Assembly (NCBI GenBank): GCA_963783385.1
Contig: CAWANJ010000009.1
Span: 480,001-544,000, forward strand
Source of the DNA: an uncultured Gemmatimonadales bacterium
GTDB lineage: Bacteria > Gemmatimonadota > Gemmatimonadetes > Palauibacterales > Palauibacteraceae
Direction of reading: 5' to 3'
DNA length: 64,000 nucleotides
Shown here: in pieces, positions 1-9,284 of the stretch
Layout: the number at the start of each line of letters is the position of its first letter
How positions within the stretch are numbered: position 1 is the first letter of the stretch
Notes under the pieces: generated by a model
Databases searched by the model: none
What the model was told of the DNA's origin: nothing
The model's input: the letters and a program-made list of their open reading frames with translations, nothing else
Program-made: the position numbers and the translations under genes

Positions 1-2
1 CC

Positions 3-1856
3 GTGATCGCGGCCGTACTGCCCATGCTGTTCGTCTCCGGCCTCATGGGACCCTACATGAGTCCCATGCCGATCGGCGCGTCCCTGGCCATGATCTTCTC
101 CCTCATGGTCGCTCTCGTCGGCGCCCCGTGGCTGGCTTATCGACTGCTCGGGCACGAGGACTCCGCGGAGGGGCACGACGAGGTTCCGGGCGGGCCGGCG
201 GCGGCGGTCCAGGACACCCGCATGTACGCCATCTACCGGCGCATCATGGATCCTCTCCTGGCCAGCCGCCGCCGCATCGTGCTGATGCTGGCGGGCGTGG
301 CGGTGCTGCTCGTGGGCGCCGCCGGGCTGTTCCTGGTGCGGCTGGTGTCGGTCAAGATGCTCCCGTTCGACGACAAGAACGAGATGCAGGTCATCGTCGA
401 CATGCCGGAGGGCACCACGCTGGAGACCACGACGGCGCTGGCGGACCGTCTCCAGCGGATCACGCTGACCGTCCCCGAGGTCCAGGACGTCCAGACCTAC
501 GCGGGAACGGCCGCCCCCTTCAACTTCAACGGACTCATCCGTCACTACTACCTGCGGCGCGGGCCCACGGTGGCCGACCTCCAGGTGAACCTGGTGGACA
601 AGTCGAAGCGGAGCGCCGAGAGCCACGACATCGCCCTGCGGCTGCGCCCGCTCGTGGACAGCGTGGCCGCGGCGTCGGGGACCGGCGCGCGGGTCAAGGT
701 CGTCGAGGTCCCACCCGGTCCTCCCGTCCTCTCGACGCTGGTCGCGGAGGTGTACGGCGAGGATTCGGGCGAGCAGGTGGCGGTGGCCCGCCAGGTCCGC
801 GAGCTGTTCGAGAAGCACCCGTCGGTCGTCGACGTGGACTGGTCGCTGCGCGCGCCGCAACGCGAGATCCGCTTCGACGTGGACGGCGAGAAGGCGGCCC
901 TGAGCGGGGTGGCTCGCGGCAGCGTGGCCCGGGATCTCCGCATCGCCCTGTCCGGCGAGCAGGCGACCCGGATCTCCGCGCCCGAATCGCGCGACCCGGT
1001 CCCGGTGCAGGTGCAGGTGGAGGAATCGGCCCGCTCCGGACTCGACCGCCTCACGGGACTGCACATCGCCTCCCGGTCGGGCACCGTGGTGCCGCTCGGG
1101 GAGCTGGTCCGCACCCGCGAGACGACCACGCCGCAGGTGATCGACCGCAAGAACGGACAGCGGGTGGTGTACGTGACGGCCGACGTGGCGGGCGCCGAGG
1201 AGAGCCCGGTCTACGCCATCCTCGACCTCCGAAAGCAGGTCGAGAAGATCCGGCTCCCCTCGGGGGCGCACCTGGGTCAGCTGTACACGCGCGGTCCGCG
1301 CAACGTCGAGCAGCCCGTGGTGAAGTGGGACGGGGAGTGGCAGATCACCTACGAGGTGTTCCGTGACCTCGGGGTGGCCTTCGCGGGCGCCCTCGTGCTG
1401 ATCTATCTGCTGATCGTGGCGTGGTTCGGCTCTCTGACCACGCCGCTGATCATGATGGTGGCCATCCCGCTGACCCTGATCGGCATCGCACCGGGCCACG
1501 TGCTGTTCGGGGCGTTCTTCACGGCCACCTCGATGATCGGCATGATCGCGCTGGCCGGCATCATGGTGCGCAACGGGATCCTGCTGATCGACTACCTGGA
1601 GGCACGAACCGCGGCGGGCGTCCCGCTCCGCGAGGCGATCGTCGAGGCGGGCGCGGTGCGCACGCGTCCCATCGTGCTCACGGCGGCCACGGTGGTGATC
1701 GGGGCCATCGTGATCCTGTTCGATCCGATCTTCCAGGGCCTCGCCGTGGCCCTGATCGCCGGCGCGGTGGCCTCGACCCTCCTCACGCTCGTGGTCGTGC
1801 CGGGCATCTACTATCTCATGCGCCGCTCCGACGAGAGCGGGGAGGAGACCGCGTGA
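3..1856 (+). CDS. RND efflux transporter permease subunit (AcrB/AcrD/AcrF family), 5'-truncated by window edge
   Basis: C-terminal RND motifs (GMIALAGIMVRNGILLID, GAVRTRPIVLT), periplasmic 'DMPEGTTLETT' segment, multiple TM helices. Confidence 0.93.
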   Translation: MIAAVLPMLFVSGLMGPYMSPMPIGASLAMIFSLMVALVGAPWLAYRLLGHEDSAEGHDEVPGGPAAAVQDTRMYAIYRRIMDPLLASRRRIVLMLAGVAVLLVGAAGLFLVRLVSVKMLPFDDKNEMQVIVDMPEGTTLETTTALADRLQRITLTVPEVQDVQTYAGTAAPFNFNGLIRHYYLRRGPTVADLQVNLVDKSKRSAESHDIALRLRPLVDSVAAASGTGARVKVVEVPPGPPVLSTLVAEVYGEDSGEQVAVARQVRELFEKHPSVVDVDWSLRAPQREIRFDVDGEKAALSGVARGSVARDLRIALSGEQATRISAPESRDPVPVQVQVEESARSGLDRLTGLHIASRSGTVVPLGELVRTRETTTPQVIDRKNGQRVVYVTADVAGAEESPVYAILDLRKQVEKIRLPSGAHLGQLYTRGPRNVEQPVVKWDGEWQITYEVFRDLGVAFAGALVLIYLLIVAWFGSLTTPLIMMVAIPLTLIGIAPGHVLFGAFFTATSMIGMIALAGIMVRNGILLIDYLEARTAAGVPLREAIVEAGAVRTRPIVLTAATVVIGAIVILFDPIFQGLAVALIAGAVASTLLTLVVVPGIYYLMRRSDESGEETA

Positions 1857-2176
1857 AGCTCATCGTGTTACTGTACCTGGAAGACGACGAGGCCTGCGTG
1901 AACGACCTGCTCGGGCGGCACGATGTGGCCGTGTTCAGCCGAACCTCCGTGGAGGGGATCGGGCCGGGGGCCCCGGGCTGGTACGGCACCGCGGCACCGT
2001 ATCGCTCCCGCATGGTGATCGCACTGGTCGAGCCCGACCTTGCACGGGAGATCCTCGAGGCGGTCGAGCGCGGTACGGGGCTCCAGGACTCCCGCCACCC
2101 CATTCACGGTCTGCAGCTCGACGTGGAGCGCCAGGCGGTGTGCGGGGGTGGCGCAGGTGAGGCGGAGGGAAGCTGA
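1853..2176 (+). CDS. small P-II-like transporter-associated protein
   Basis: GTG overlaps RND stop (GTGA); MKLIVLLYLEDDE...VEGIG...MVIALVE pattern resembles the P-II/GlnB-like fold. Confidence 0.6.
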   Translation: MKLIVLLYLEDDEACVNDLLGRHDVAVFSRTSVEGIGPGAPGWYGTAAPYRSRMVIALVEPDLAREILEAVERGTGLQDSRHPIHGLQLDVERQAVCGGGAGEAEGS

Positions 2177-2234
2177 GGGTTCGAGCCGACGGAGGTCTCA
2201 TCCACGAAGCCGCTCCGCGCGGCAGGGGGAGCTC

Positions 2235-2447
2235 ATGACGATGGAACGCAAGATCCGGCTGATCGCCGGGACCTTCATCCTGGCCAGCCTGGCGCTGGGC
2301 TGGTGGGTGAGTCCGTGGTGGTTCCTGTTCACGGCCTTCGTGGGCGTGAACCTCGTCCAGTCTTCCATGACGAAGTGGTGCCTCATGGAGGACATCCTGC
2401 GCTGGACCGGACTCCACAGGGAGGGGCCGGCGGCCGCCGGTCGCTGA
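2235..2447 (+). CDS. DUF2892 / YgaP-like membrane protein
   Basis: MERKIRLIAG...FTAFVGVNLVQSSMTKWCLME is typical of DUF2892; GGGGGAG RBS. Confidence 0.85.
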   Translation: MTMERKIRLIAGTFILASLALGWWVSPWWFLFTAFVGVNLVQSSMTKWCLMEDILRWTGLHREGPAAAGR

Positions 2448-2631
2448 AGCCCGCCGCCCCCGGCTCCCGGGGCCCATCGCGGGGCTCCGGGAGATCTCCC
2501 CACACCCGCCGCTTCCTTCTCCCGACGCGCGTCTCAACGCGCCCCCTACAGCCCGGTCGATAGAGTCGTCCTAGCATTCCGGTGCGCCCGCCACGGACGG
2601 GCCTCACGGCAGCCTCGACCCCGGACACCGC

Positions 2632-3132
2632 ATGAGAACGCTCTACCTCCTGAACGTGAGCCTCCACGTGCTGGCCGCGATGCTGTGGCTGGGCGGCATG
2701 TTCTTCCTGGCGGTGGTTGGAGGGCCCGCCCTCAGGAGGATCGACGACCCGGTCCTCCGGGGCCGCCTGTTCGCGGATATCGGTAGGGCCTTTCGCCGGA
2801 CCGGATGGTGGTCCATCCTCGTCATCGTCGTCACGGGGATCGGGAACCTGGGCTTCCGGGGCGTGCTGTCGAACGGGGCGATCGTGTCCCGCGCCTTCTG
2901 GGCGAGCCCTTTCGGTTATACGCTGGCCGCCAAGCTGGTCGCGGTGGCCGCCATGCTGGGCGTCAGCGCGGTGCACGACTTCGTGATCGGGCCGGCCGCC
3001 AGCCGCGCGGCGCGGGACCGGTCGCCGCGGGCCGCGACGCTGCGCTCGCGGGCGGCGTGGCTGGCGCGGATCAATGCGGGGCTCGGCGTGGCCGTGGTCT
3101 TGCTGGCGGTACGGCTGGCGAGAGGCGGCTGA
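2632..3132 (+). CDS. CopD/DUF4149-like 4-TM membrane protein
   Basis: LHVLAAMLWLGGMFF, KLVAV...HDFVIGP, WLARIN motifs. Confidence 0.75.
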   Translation: MRTLYLLNVSLHVLAAMLWLGGMFFLAVVGGPALRRIDDPVLRGRLFADIGRAFRRTGWWSILVIVVTGIGNLGFRGVLSNGAIVSRAFWASPFGYTLAAKLVAVAAMLGVSAVHDFVIGPAASRAARDRSPRAATLRSRAAWLARINAGLGVAVVLLAVRLARGG

Positions 3133-3206
3133 GGGTCCTCCCGGGCCGATCGCGCGTTCGACGCGGCACCCGGGCGGACGGGTCACACAGAGGGAGAGAG
3201 GGAACC

Positions 3207-6026
3207 ATGAGCAAGCGGTCGGCCGCGGGCGCAGGGCCCGCCAGCCTGGACAGCTTCGGAGCCCGCGCCACGCTGAAGATCGAGGGCGAGGGGGTCACCT
3301 ACTACGACCTGCGCGCGCTCGAGCGCGCGGGCATCGCGCGCATCTCCCGCCTGCCTTATTCGATCCGGATCCTGCTCGAGAACCTCCTCCGGCACGAGGA
3401 CGGCGACACGGTCACGGCCGATGACATCCGCGCCGTGGCCACGTGGCCGGACCGCGGCGACGAGGAGCGGGAGATCGCGTTTCGGCCCGCACGCGTCCTC
3501 CTCCAGGACTTCACGGGAGTCCCCGCCGTCGTGGACCTCGCCGCCATGCGGGACGCCATGGCGGACCTGGGGGGCGCCGCGGGCCGCATCAACCCTCTCC
3601 TTCCCTCCGAGCTGGTCATCGACCACTCCGTGCAGGTCGATTCGTTCGGCCGGCCGACGTCCTTCCAGATCAACGCCGAGAAGGAGTTCGAGCGGAACCG
3701 CGAGCGCTACGCCTTCCTGCGCTGGGGCCAGCACGCCTTCGAGAACTTCCGCGTCGTGCCACCGGACACCGGGATCGTCCACCAGGTGAACCTCGAGTAC
3801 CTGGCCCGCGTCGTGTTCGGGATCGGGGACGGCCCCGGGAGGCTGGCCTACCCGGACACCCTGGTGGGCACCGACAGCCACACGACCATGATCAACGGCC
3901 TGGGCGTGCTGGGCTGGGGAGTGGGCGGGATCGAGGCCGAGGCCGCGATGCTCGGCCAGCCCATCAGCCTCCTGTTGCCCGACGTCGTCGGATTTCGTCT
4001 CAGGGGCCATCTCGCCGAAGGCGCCACCGCGACGGACCTCGTGCTCCGGGTGACCGAGATGCTGCGCGAGAAGGGCGTGGTCGGGAAGTTCGTCGAGTTC
4101 TTCGGCCCGGGGCTCGAGACCCTGTCGCTGGCCGACCGGGCCACCCTCGGCAACATGGCTCCCGAGTACGGAGCCACTTGCGCCCTCTCGCCCGTCGACC
4201 GGGAGACGCTCGCCTATCTGGAGTTCACGGCGCGCCCGGAGCGGCGGGTGGCCCTCGTCGAAGCCTATGCCCGAGCGCAGGGGCTCTTCCACGAGCCCGA
4301 CGGAGAGGAGGCTGAGTACACGGACACGCTGGAGCTGGATCTCGGCACGGTCGAGCCCAGCCTGGCCGGTCCGCGGCTGCCCCAGGAGCGTATCCCCCTG
4401 TCGACCGCCGGGGAGGCGTTCGAGCGGGCCCTGGAGGGGCTGACGCCCGAGTCCGCCGAGGCGCACGAGACGCCCGTGTCGTCGTGGGAGTGGGAGGGCG
4501 GCGACGGGCAGCGCGGCGCGGCGGCCACCGCCACGCACCGGGGCGTCCGGGTCCAGATGGACACGAACGGCGGGACGCAGAGCTTCGAGCTGCGGGACGG
4601 GGCCGTCGTGATCGCCGCCATCACGAGCTGCACGAACACGTCCAACCCCTCCGTCATGGTCGGAGCCGGCCTCCTGGCCCGGAACGCGGTGCGGCGCGGA
4701 CTCCGGCGGCGGCCCTGGGTGAAGACGAGCCTGGCGCCAGGATCCAAGGTCGTGACCGAGTACCTGGAGGAGGCGGACCTGATGCGCCCCCTCGAGGACC
4801 TGGGGTTCAACCTGGTGGGGTACGGGTGCACGACCTGCATCGGCAACAGCGGGCCGCTCCCGCCGGAGATCAGCGAGGCCGTGCGCGAGCACGGGCTGGT
4901 GGTGTGCGCGGTTCTGTCCGGGAACCGGAACTTCGAGGGTCGGATCAACCCGGACACGCGGGCCAACTACCTGGCGTCGCCGCCCCTGGTGGTGGCCTAC
5001 GCGCTCGCCGGGCGCATGGACCTGGACCTGACCCGGGACCCGCTCGGGGAGGACGAGGCGGGCGAGCCCGTATACCTGCGGGACATCTGGCCCACGCAGG
5101 AGGAGATCCGGGAGACCATCCGCGCCGCGGTCCGCAGCGACATGTTCCGGGAGAGCTACTCGGATGTGTTCGCCGGAACCGACGCGTGGCGAAAGCTGGA
5201 GGTGCCCGAGGGCGAGCGCTTCGCGTGGGACCCCGACTCCACCTACGTGCGTCAGCCCCCCTTCTTCTTGGGGCTGCCCCCGGAGCCTCCCGAGCCCGCC
5301 GACCTGATCGGCCTGCGTGCGCTGGCCGTGGTGGGCGACTCCGTGACCACGGACCACATCTCGCCGGCCGGCGCCATCGCCAAGGACTCACCGGCCGCCG
5401 ATTACCTGCGCGAGCACGGCGTGCCACTGGCGGAGTTCAACTCGTACGGCTCCCGCCGTGGGAACCACGAAGTCATGATGCGGGGCACCTTCGCCAACAT
5501 CCGGCTCCGCAACCTCATGGTCCCCGGCGTGGAGGGCGGCTGGACCGTGCACGTTCCGAGCGGGGAGCGCATGACGATCTTCGAGGCCTCGGAGCGCTAC
5601 CGCGAGGAAGGCGTGCCCCTGCTGGTGATCGCGGGCGAGCAGTACGGAACCGGCTCCAGCCGCGACTGGGCCGCCAAGGGGCCCGCGCTCCTGGGGGTCC
5701 GGGCGGTGATCGCGCGCAGCTACGAGCGCATCCACCGCAGCAACCTGATCGGCATGGGAGTTCTCCCCATGCAGTTCCTGCCCGGAGAGGGGGCCGAGTC
5801 ACTGGGCCTCGATGGCACGGAGCGCTTCGAGGTGCACGGAATCGAGGGCGGCGTGGAGCCGGGAGCGAGGCTGACCGTGCGGGCGGAGCGGGAGGGCGGT
5901 GACACGACGGAGTTCGAGGCCATCGTGCGGCTCGACACGCGCGTCGAGGTCCAGTACTGGCGCCACGGCGGCATCCTGCAGATGGTGCTGCGGCGGCTGG
6001 TCCGGGGTGACGCCCCCGCGGAGTGA
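3207..6026 (+). CDS. acnA: aconitate hydratase AcnA
   Basis: LQDFTGVPAVVDLAAMRD, GTDSHT, ITSCTNTSNP, GCTTCIGNSG, YGSRRGNH; start set at the ATG after a GAGGG RBS. Confidence 0.97.
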   Translation: MSKRSAAGAGPASLDSFGARATLKIEGEGVTYYDLRALERAGIARISRLPYSIRILLENLLRHEDGDTVTADDIRAVATWPDRGDEEREIAFRPARVLLQDFTGVPAVVDLAAMRDAMADLGGAAGRINPLLPSELVIDHSVQVDSFGRPTSFQINAEKEFERNRERYAFLRWGQHAFENFRVVPPDTGIVHQVNLEYLARVVFGIGDGPGRLAYPDTLVGTDSHTTMINGLGVLGWGVGGIEAEAAMLGQPISLLLPDVVGFRLRGHLAEGATATDLVLRVTEMLREKGVVGKFVEFFGPGLETLSLADRATLGNMAPEYGATCALSPVDRETLAYLEFTARPERRVALVEAYARAQGLFHEPDGEEAEYTDTLELDLGTVEPSLAGPRLPQERIPLSTAGEAFERALEGLTPESAEAHETPVSSWEWEGGDGQRGAAATATHRGVRVQMDTNGGTQSFELRDGAVVIAAITSCTNTSNPSVMVGAGLLARNAVRRGLRRRPWVKTSLAPGSKVVTEYLEEADLMRPLEDLGFNLVGYGCTTCIGNSGPLPPEISEAVREHGLVVCAVLSGNRNFEGRINPDTRANYLASPPLVVAYALAGRMDLDLTRDPLGEDEAGEPVYLRDIWPTQEEIRETIRAAVRSDMFRESYSDVFAGTDAWRKLEVPEGERFAWDPDSTYVRQPPFFLGLPPEPPEPADLIGLRALAVVGDSVTTDHISPAGAIAKDSPAADYLREHGVPLAEFNSYGSRRGNHEVMMRGTFANIRLRNLMVPGVEGGWTVHVPSGERMTIFEASERYREEGVPLLVIAGEQYGTGSSRDWAAKGPALLGVRAVIARSYERIHRSNLIGMGVLPMQFLPGEGAESLGLDGTERFEVHGIEGGVEPGARLTVRAEREGGDTTEFEAIVRLDTRVEVQYWRHGGILQMVLRRLVRGDAPAE

Positions 6027-6087
6027 CGCCCCCCGGGGGCCCCGTGGGAATCCATCGTTTCCCGCGGGCGCGACGGGACGCCGGCCC

Positions 6088-6245
6088 ATGCGAGCTCCTA
6101 GCAGAACCCTCGGGATTTTCGGCGCCCTGGCGGTCGCGAGGGTCGGCTGCGCGTCACCGTGTACGGCAGCCGCCGCGCCCCGACCGTGATCCGGATCTTC
6201 GACGTGGTGACGGGGCGTCTGCTCGAGGAGGAGACCCCGGGCTAG
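6088..6245 (+). pseudogene. possible internally deleted or frameshifted remnant of an exported protein
   Basis: signal-like N-terminus MRAPSRTLGIFGALAVA switches frame into protein-like EGRLRVTVYG...IRIFDVVTGRLLEEETPG*. Confidence 0.3.
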
Positions 6246-7078
6246 CCCGTCGGACCTCGCACCAGTTCCTTCAGGCCGGCCGCGTCCAGCCGCCGGCCCA
6301 CGTAGAAGGGCCCGAAGTCGGCGTATTCGGCGCTGACCTCATCGAACCGCATCTCGGTGACCAGGTGCTTGAAGTCCACCGGGTCGCCGGCGAACAGGGT
6401 GACGCCCCACTCCCAGTCATCCAGCCCCGTGGAACCGCTGATCACCTGGGACACGCGGCCGGCGTAGAGTCGGCCCGTCCCCCCGTGGTCGACCATCATG
6501 TCGTTGCGTGCCTCGAGGCCCAGACCGTACCAGTTCTGTCCGGGTGCCCGTCGCTTGTCCATCGGGTAGAAGCATAGGTAGGGCATCTCCTCGGGCTGAC
6601 TCGGATACAGCCGACCCCGGACGTACCCCTTGTCGCGCTCGGCCTGCACGGCGGCGTGCAGGCGGGCGCGGCCCTCCTGGCCTGCCGGGTCGACGCCCTC
6701 CTCCCTGAGCCTCTCCACCGTCTGGGTCGTGAGTCGGTAGAAGCCGAGCTCGACCACCGAAAGGAATTCGTAGACGGGGTCCAGCGCGTTGGCCAGGTCG
6801 GTCCACGCCACCGCATCCTCGGCGGCGGCGAGACCCTCGAGATCCGAGCGGAAGTGCAGGAGGTGGAGGTCGGCGCCGCCCCCGACGATGCGGTAGGCGC
6901 CCGACCAGCCGTCTTCGCCCAGGTCCTCCCAGTGCGACAGGAGCTCGGACAGCTCGTCGGCCAGGTGGGCACGGTCGGCAGGGGACACGGACTTCAGGGC
7001 GGGCCACGCGACCCGGAAGAACTGATGGAGGACGTACCAGCCCTCCAGCGTGAGCGGCGCGATCTGGGTACCCGGCAT
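6242..7078 (-). CDS. hemQ: coproheme decarboxylase (chlorite dismutase family, ChdC/HemQ)
   Basis: EGWYVLH, CFYPMDKRR..NWY, HG..GR.YAG, GLDDWEWGVTLF, EMRFDEVSA match the Firmicute-type ChdC. Confidence 0.88.
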   Translation of the reverse strand: MPGTQIAPLTLEGWYVLHQFFRVAWPALKSVSPADRAHLADELSELLSHWEDLGEDGWSGAYRIVGGGADLHLLHFRSDLEGLAAAEDAVAWTDLANALDPVYEFLSVVELGFYRLTTQTVERLREEGVDPAGQEGRARLHAAVQAERDKGYVRGRLYPSQPEEMPYLCFYPMDKRRAPGQNWYGLGLEARNDMMVDHGGTGRLYAGRVSQVISGSTGLDDWEWGVTLFAGDPVDFKHLVTEMRFDEVSAEYADFGPFYVGRRLDAAGLKELVRGPTG

Positions 7079-7228
7079 GGGGCTCTCCCTGAGATGGGGC
7101 GCTCGAAGCGGTCGGGAGGAAGGTGAGGCGGAGCCGTGGGTCCGGCAACGTGGTGTGGCCGGGTGGGAGACGCGGCGGCCGAGCGGGCGGAGCGGCGAGG
7201 TTGTCCGTTCGCACGCCTCGCTGGCCGA

Positions 7229-7732
7229 TCAGATCTCCAGGAACCGGTAGACCACCACCCCGGTGTCGGGGGCGTTGTCGACGTCCACGTAGCCGGAGGC
7301 GACCATGTCCCGGAGGATCTCCTCGATCTCGGGGAAGGGGAGTCCGGTGGCCTCGACGCCCTCGGTCACGGTCAGGCAGCCGCCGTGCGTCCTCGCCGCT
7401 GACAGGAGGCGTCGCATGCGCCTCGAGGTCTTGGACTCGGGCGGGTCGGCCGGCACCACCGCAGGAGCGCGAGCCGCCGTCGATATCGGCGCGGCCGGTG
7501 GGGGCATCAAGTGAGCCCACCTCGGGTGGGGCAGGTAACCCTCGCGGACGTTGGAATCCATCACCAGGCTCTTCATCCGGAACAGATCGATGAACTGGCC
7601 GATCCCGAACAGGCCGAAGGTCAGGAGCCACAGGATGCCCGTGCCGTACTTTCCCATGTAGATCCTGTGGAGTCCCGCCAGTCCCACGAAGAACAGGCAC
7701 CACAGGGCGTACGCCGGTCCCTCCCTGTACAT
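7229..7732 (-). CDS. TM2-domain protein with C-terminal winged-helix-like region
   Basis: AYALW...GLAGLHRIYMGKYGTGILWLLTFGLFGIGQFIDLF is the TM2 signature. Confidence 0.85.
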   Translation of the reverse strand: MYREGPAYALWCLFFVGLAGLHRIYMGKYGTGILWLLTFGLFGIGQFIDLFRMKSLVMDSNVREGYLPHPRWAHLMPPPAAPISTAARAPAVVPADPPESKTSRRMRRLLSAARTHGGCLTVTEGVEATGLPFPEIEEILRDMVASGYVDVDNAPDTGVVVYRFLEI

Positions 7733-7835
7733 CCTCGTCCCTCCCTGTCCACGGATCACGCTCCCGGACCACCGCTCCGGGCCCCGACGCGTCTCCGTAC
7801 GTCGGCCCGGCGTCCGGAGTTTCGGCCCGGTCGCC

Positions 7836-8942
7836 TCACACCCCGGAGCGGAACAGCATCACGTCGCCGTCGTGCACCACGTAGTCCTTGCCCTCGGAGC
7901 GCACCAGCCCGCGGTCCCGGGCCTCCTTCATGGAGCCGCAGGTCACGAAGTCTTCGTAGCTCACGGTCTCCGCGCGAATGAAGCCCCGCTCGAAATCCGA
8001 GTGGATCGTGCCCGCCGCCTGTGGGGCCGTCGCCCCGATCGGCACGGTCCAGGCCCGCACCTCCTTCTCTCCCGCCGTGAAGAAGGTATGGAGGCCGAGG
8101 AGCCGGTAGCCGGCCCGCACCAGCCGGTCCAGCCCGCTGCTCTCCATGCCCAGAGCCGCCAGGTACTCCTCGCGCTCGTCGGGGGGGAGCTGCGCCACCT
8201 CCGCCTCCAGCCGGGCGCACAGCGCGAGGACGCGCGCGGCGGGCTCCCGCTCGGCGACGTAGTCCCGTAGGCGCTCGAGCCCCGGCGCTTGTCCGCCGCC
8301 CATCGCTTCCTCCCCGACGTTCGCCACGAACAGGGTGGGCTTCAGCGTGAGCAGTCCGAAGCCCCGAAGCAGGTCGCGCTCCTCTTCCGTCAGGGGCTCG
8401 CGGCGGAGCGGCTCGCCAGCCGCCAGGCGGGCCTCGAGGAGCCGGAGCAGCGCGAGCTCTTCGGCCGCGCCCTTCTCGCCCGAGCGCGCCTTCTTCTCCA
8501 CCTTCTCCAGCCGCCGCGATACCGCCTCCAGGTCCGCCAGGGCCAGCTCGGTCTCGATGATCTCGAGGTCGTGCACGGGGTCGGCGCGCGCCTCCACACG
8601 GGCCACGCGCTCGTCCTCGAAGCAGCGCACCACGTGGGCGATGGCGTCCACTTCGCGGATGTGCTGCAGGAAGCGGTTGCCCAGTCCCTCCCCGCGGGAG
8701 GCCCCCTCTACGAGCCCGGCGATGTCGACGAACTCGACCACGGCCGGCGTGACCTTCCGGGGCTGCACGAGGCGGGCGAGCACGTGGAGCCGGGCGTCGG
8801 GGACCTCGATGACGCCGACGTTGGGGTCGATCGTGCAGAAGGGGTAGTTCTCGGCCGGGACCGAGACGGCGGTCAGGGCCTGGAACAGGGTCGACTTGCC
8901 CACGTTGGGCAGGCCGACAATGCCTACGGATAGCTTGGACAT
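7836..8942 (-). CDS. ychF: redox-regulated ATPase YchF
   Basis: GIVGLPNVGKST, NYPFCTIDPN, DIAGLVEGAS.GEGLGN.FL, C-terminal TGS domain. Confidence 0.97.
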   Translation of the reverse strand: MSKLSVGIVGLPNVGKSTLFQALTAVSVPAENYPFCTIDPNVGVIEVPDARLHVLARLVQPRKVTPAVVEFVDIAGLVEGASRGEGLGNRFLQHIREVDAIAHVVRCFEDERVARVEARADPVHDLEIIETELALADLEAVSRRLEKVEKKARSGEKGAAEELALLRLLEARLAAGEPLRREPLTEEERDLLRGFGLLTLKPTLFVANVGEEAMGGGQAPGLERLRDYVAEREPAARVLALCARLEAEVAQLPPDEREEYLAALGMESSGLDRLVRAGYRLLGLHTFFTAGEKEVRAWTVPIGATAPQAAGTIHSDFERGFIRAETVSYEDFVTCGSMKEARDRGLVRSEGKDYVVHDGDVMLFRSGV

Positions 8943-9103
8943 GGACTCGGGGGTTCGGGGCTCCTGTCGCCGCCGGCGGACCCGGCGCGCGTCGATGCGG
9001 GTACGTTGACCCCGGCGGGCGCCCGCGTGTTCCGGCGAGCTTTGCCGGGACCGCCCGGGCGCGTACATTTGCGGCCGCGTCGGGCGAGTCCCGATGGCAG
9101 CGT

Positions 9104-9178
9104 GGTGGGCGTAGCTCAGCTGGTTAGAGCGCCAGGTTGTGGCCCTGGAGGCCGCGGGTTCGAATCCCGTCGCTCACC
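9104..9178 (+). tRNA. tRNA-His (GTG), G-1 encoded, CCA not encoded
   Basis: acceptor GTGGGCG/CGCTCAC, D arm GCTCAGCTGGTTAGAGC, anticodon arm CCAGG-TTGTGGC-CCTGG, T loop GGTTCGAATCC. Confidence 0.97.
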
Positions 9179-9180
9179 CT
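9137..9180 (+). repeat. attL core (3' part of tRNA-His)
   Basis: 44-bp TTGTGGCCCTGG...CGCTCACCCT identical to 27639-27682. Confidence 0.96.
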
Positions 9181-9184
9181 CTCT

Positions 9185-9207
9185 AAGTCACTGATTGTCA
9201 GTGACTT
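9185..9207. terminator. perfect hairpin just after tRNA-His/attL (terminator or accessory-factor site)
   Basis: AAGTCACTGA-TTG-TCAGTGACTT, 10-bp stem. Confidence 0.55.
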
Positions 9208-9214
9208 CCGGTTC

Positions 9215-9263
9215 ACCGTCACCAGGCCGCCCAGCCTCACGGTGACAGTGGCGGTGACAAGCC
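9215..9263. promoter_or_regulatory. putative integrase arm-type sites (left)
   Basis: CGGTGACA twice at 12-bp period (9240, 9252) plus an inverted partial copy at 9215-9224; same motif near attR. Confidence 0.6.
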
Positions 9264-9284
9264 GCGACCGGGAGAGGGGCTCGG

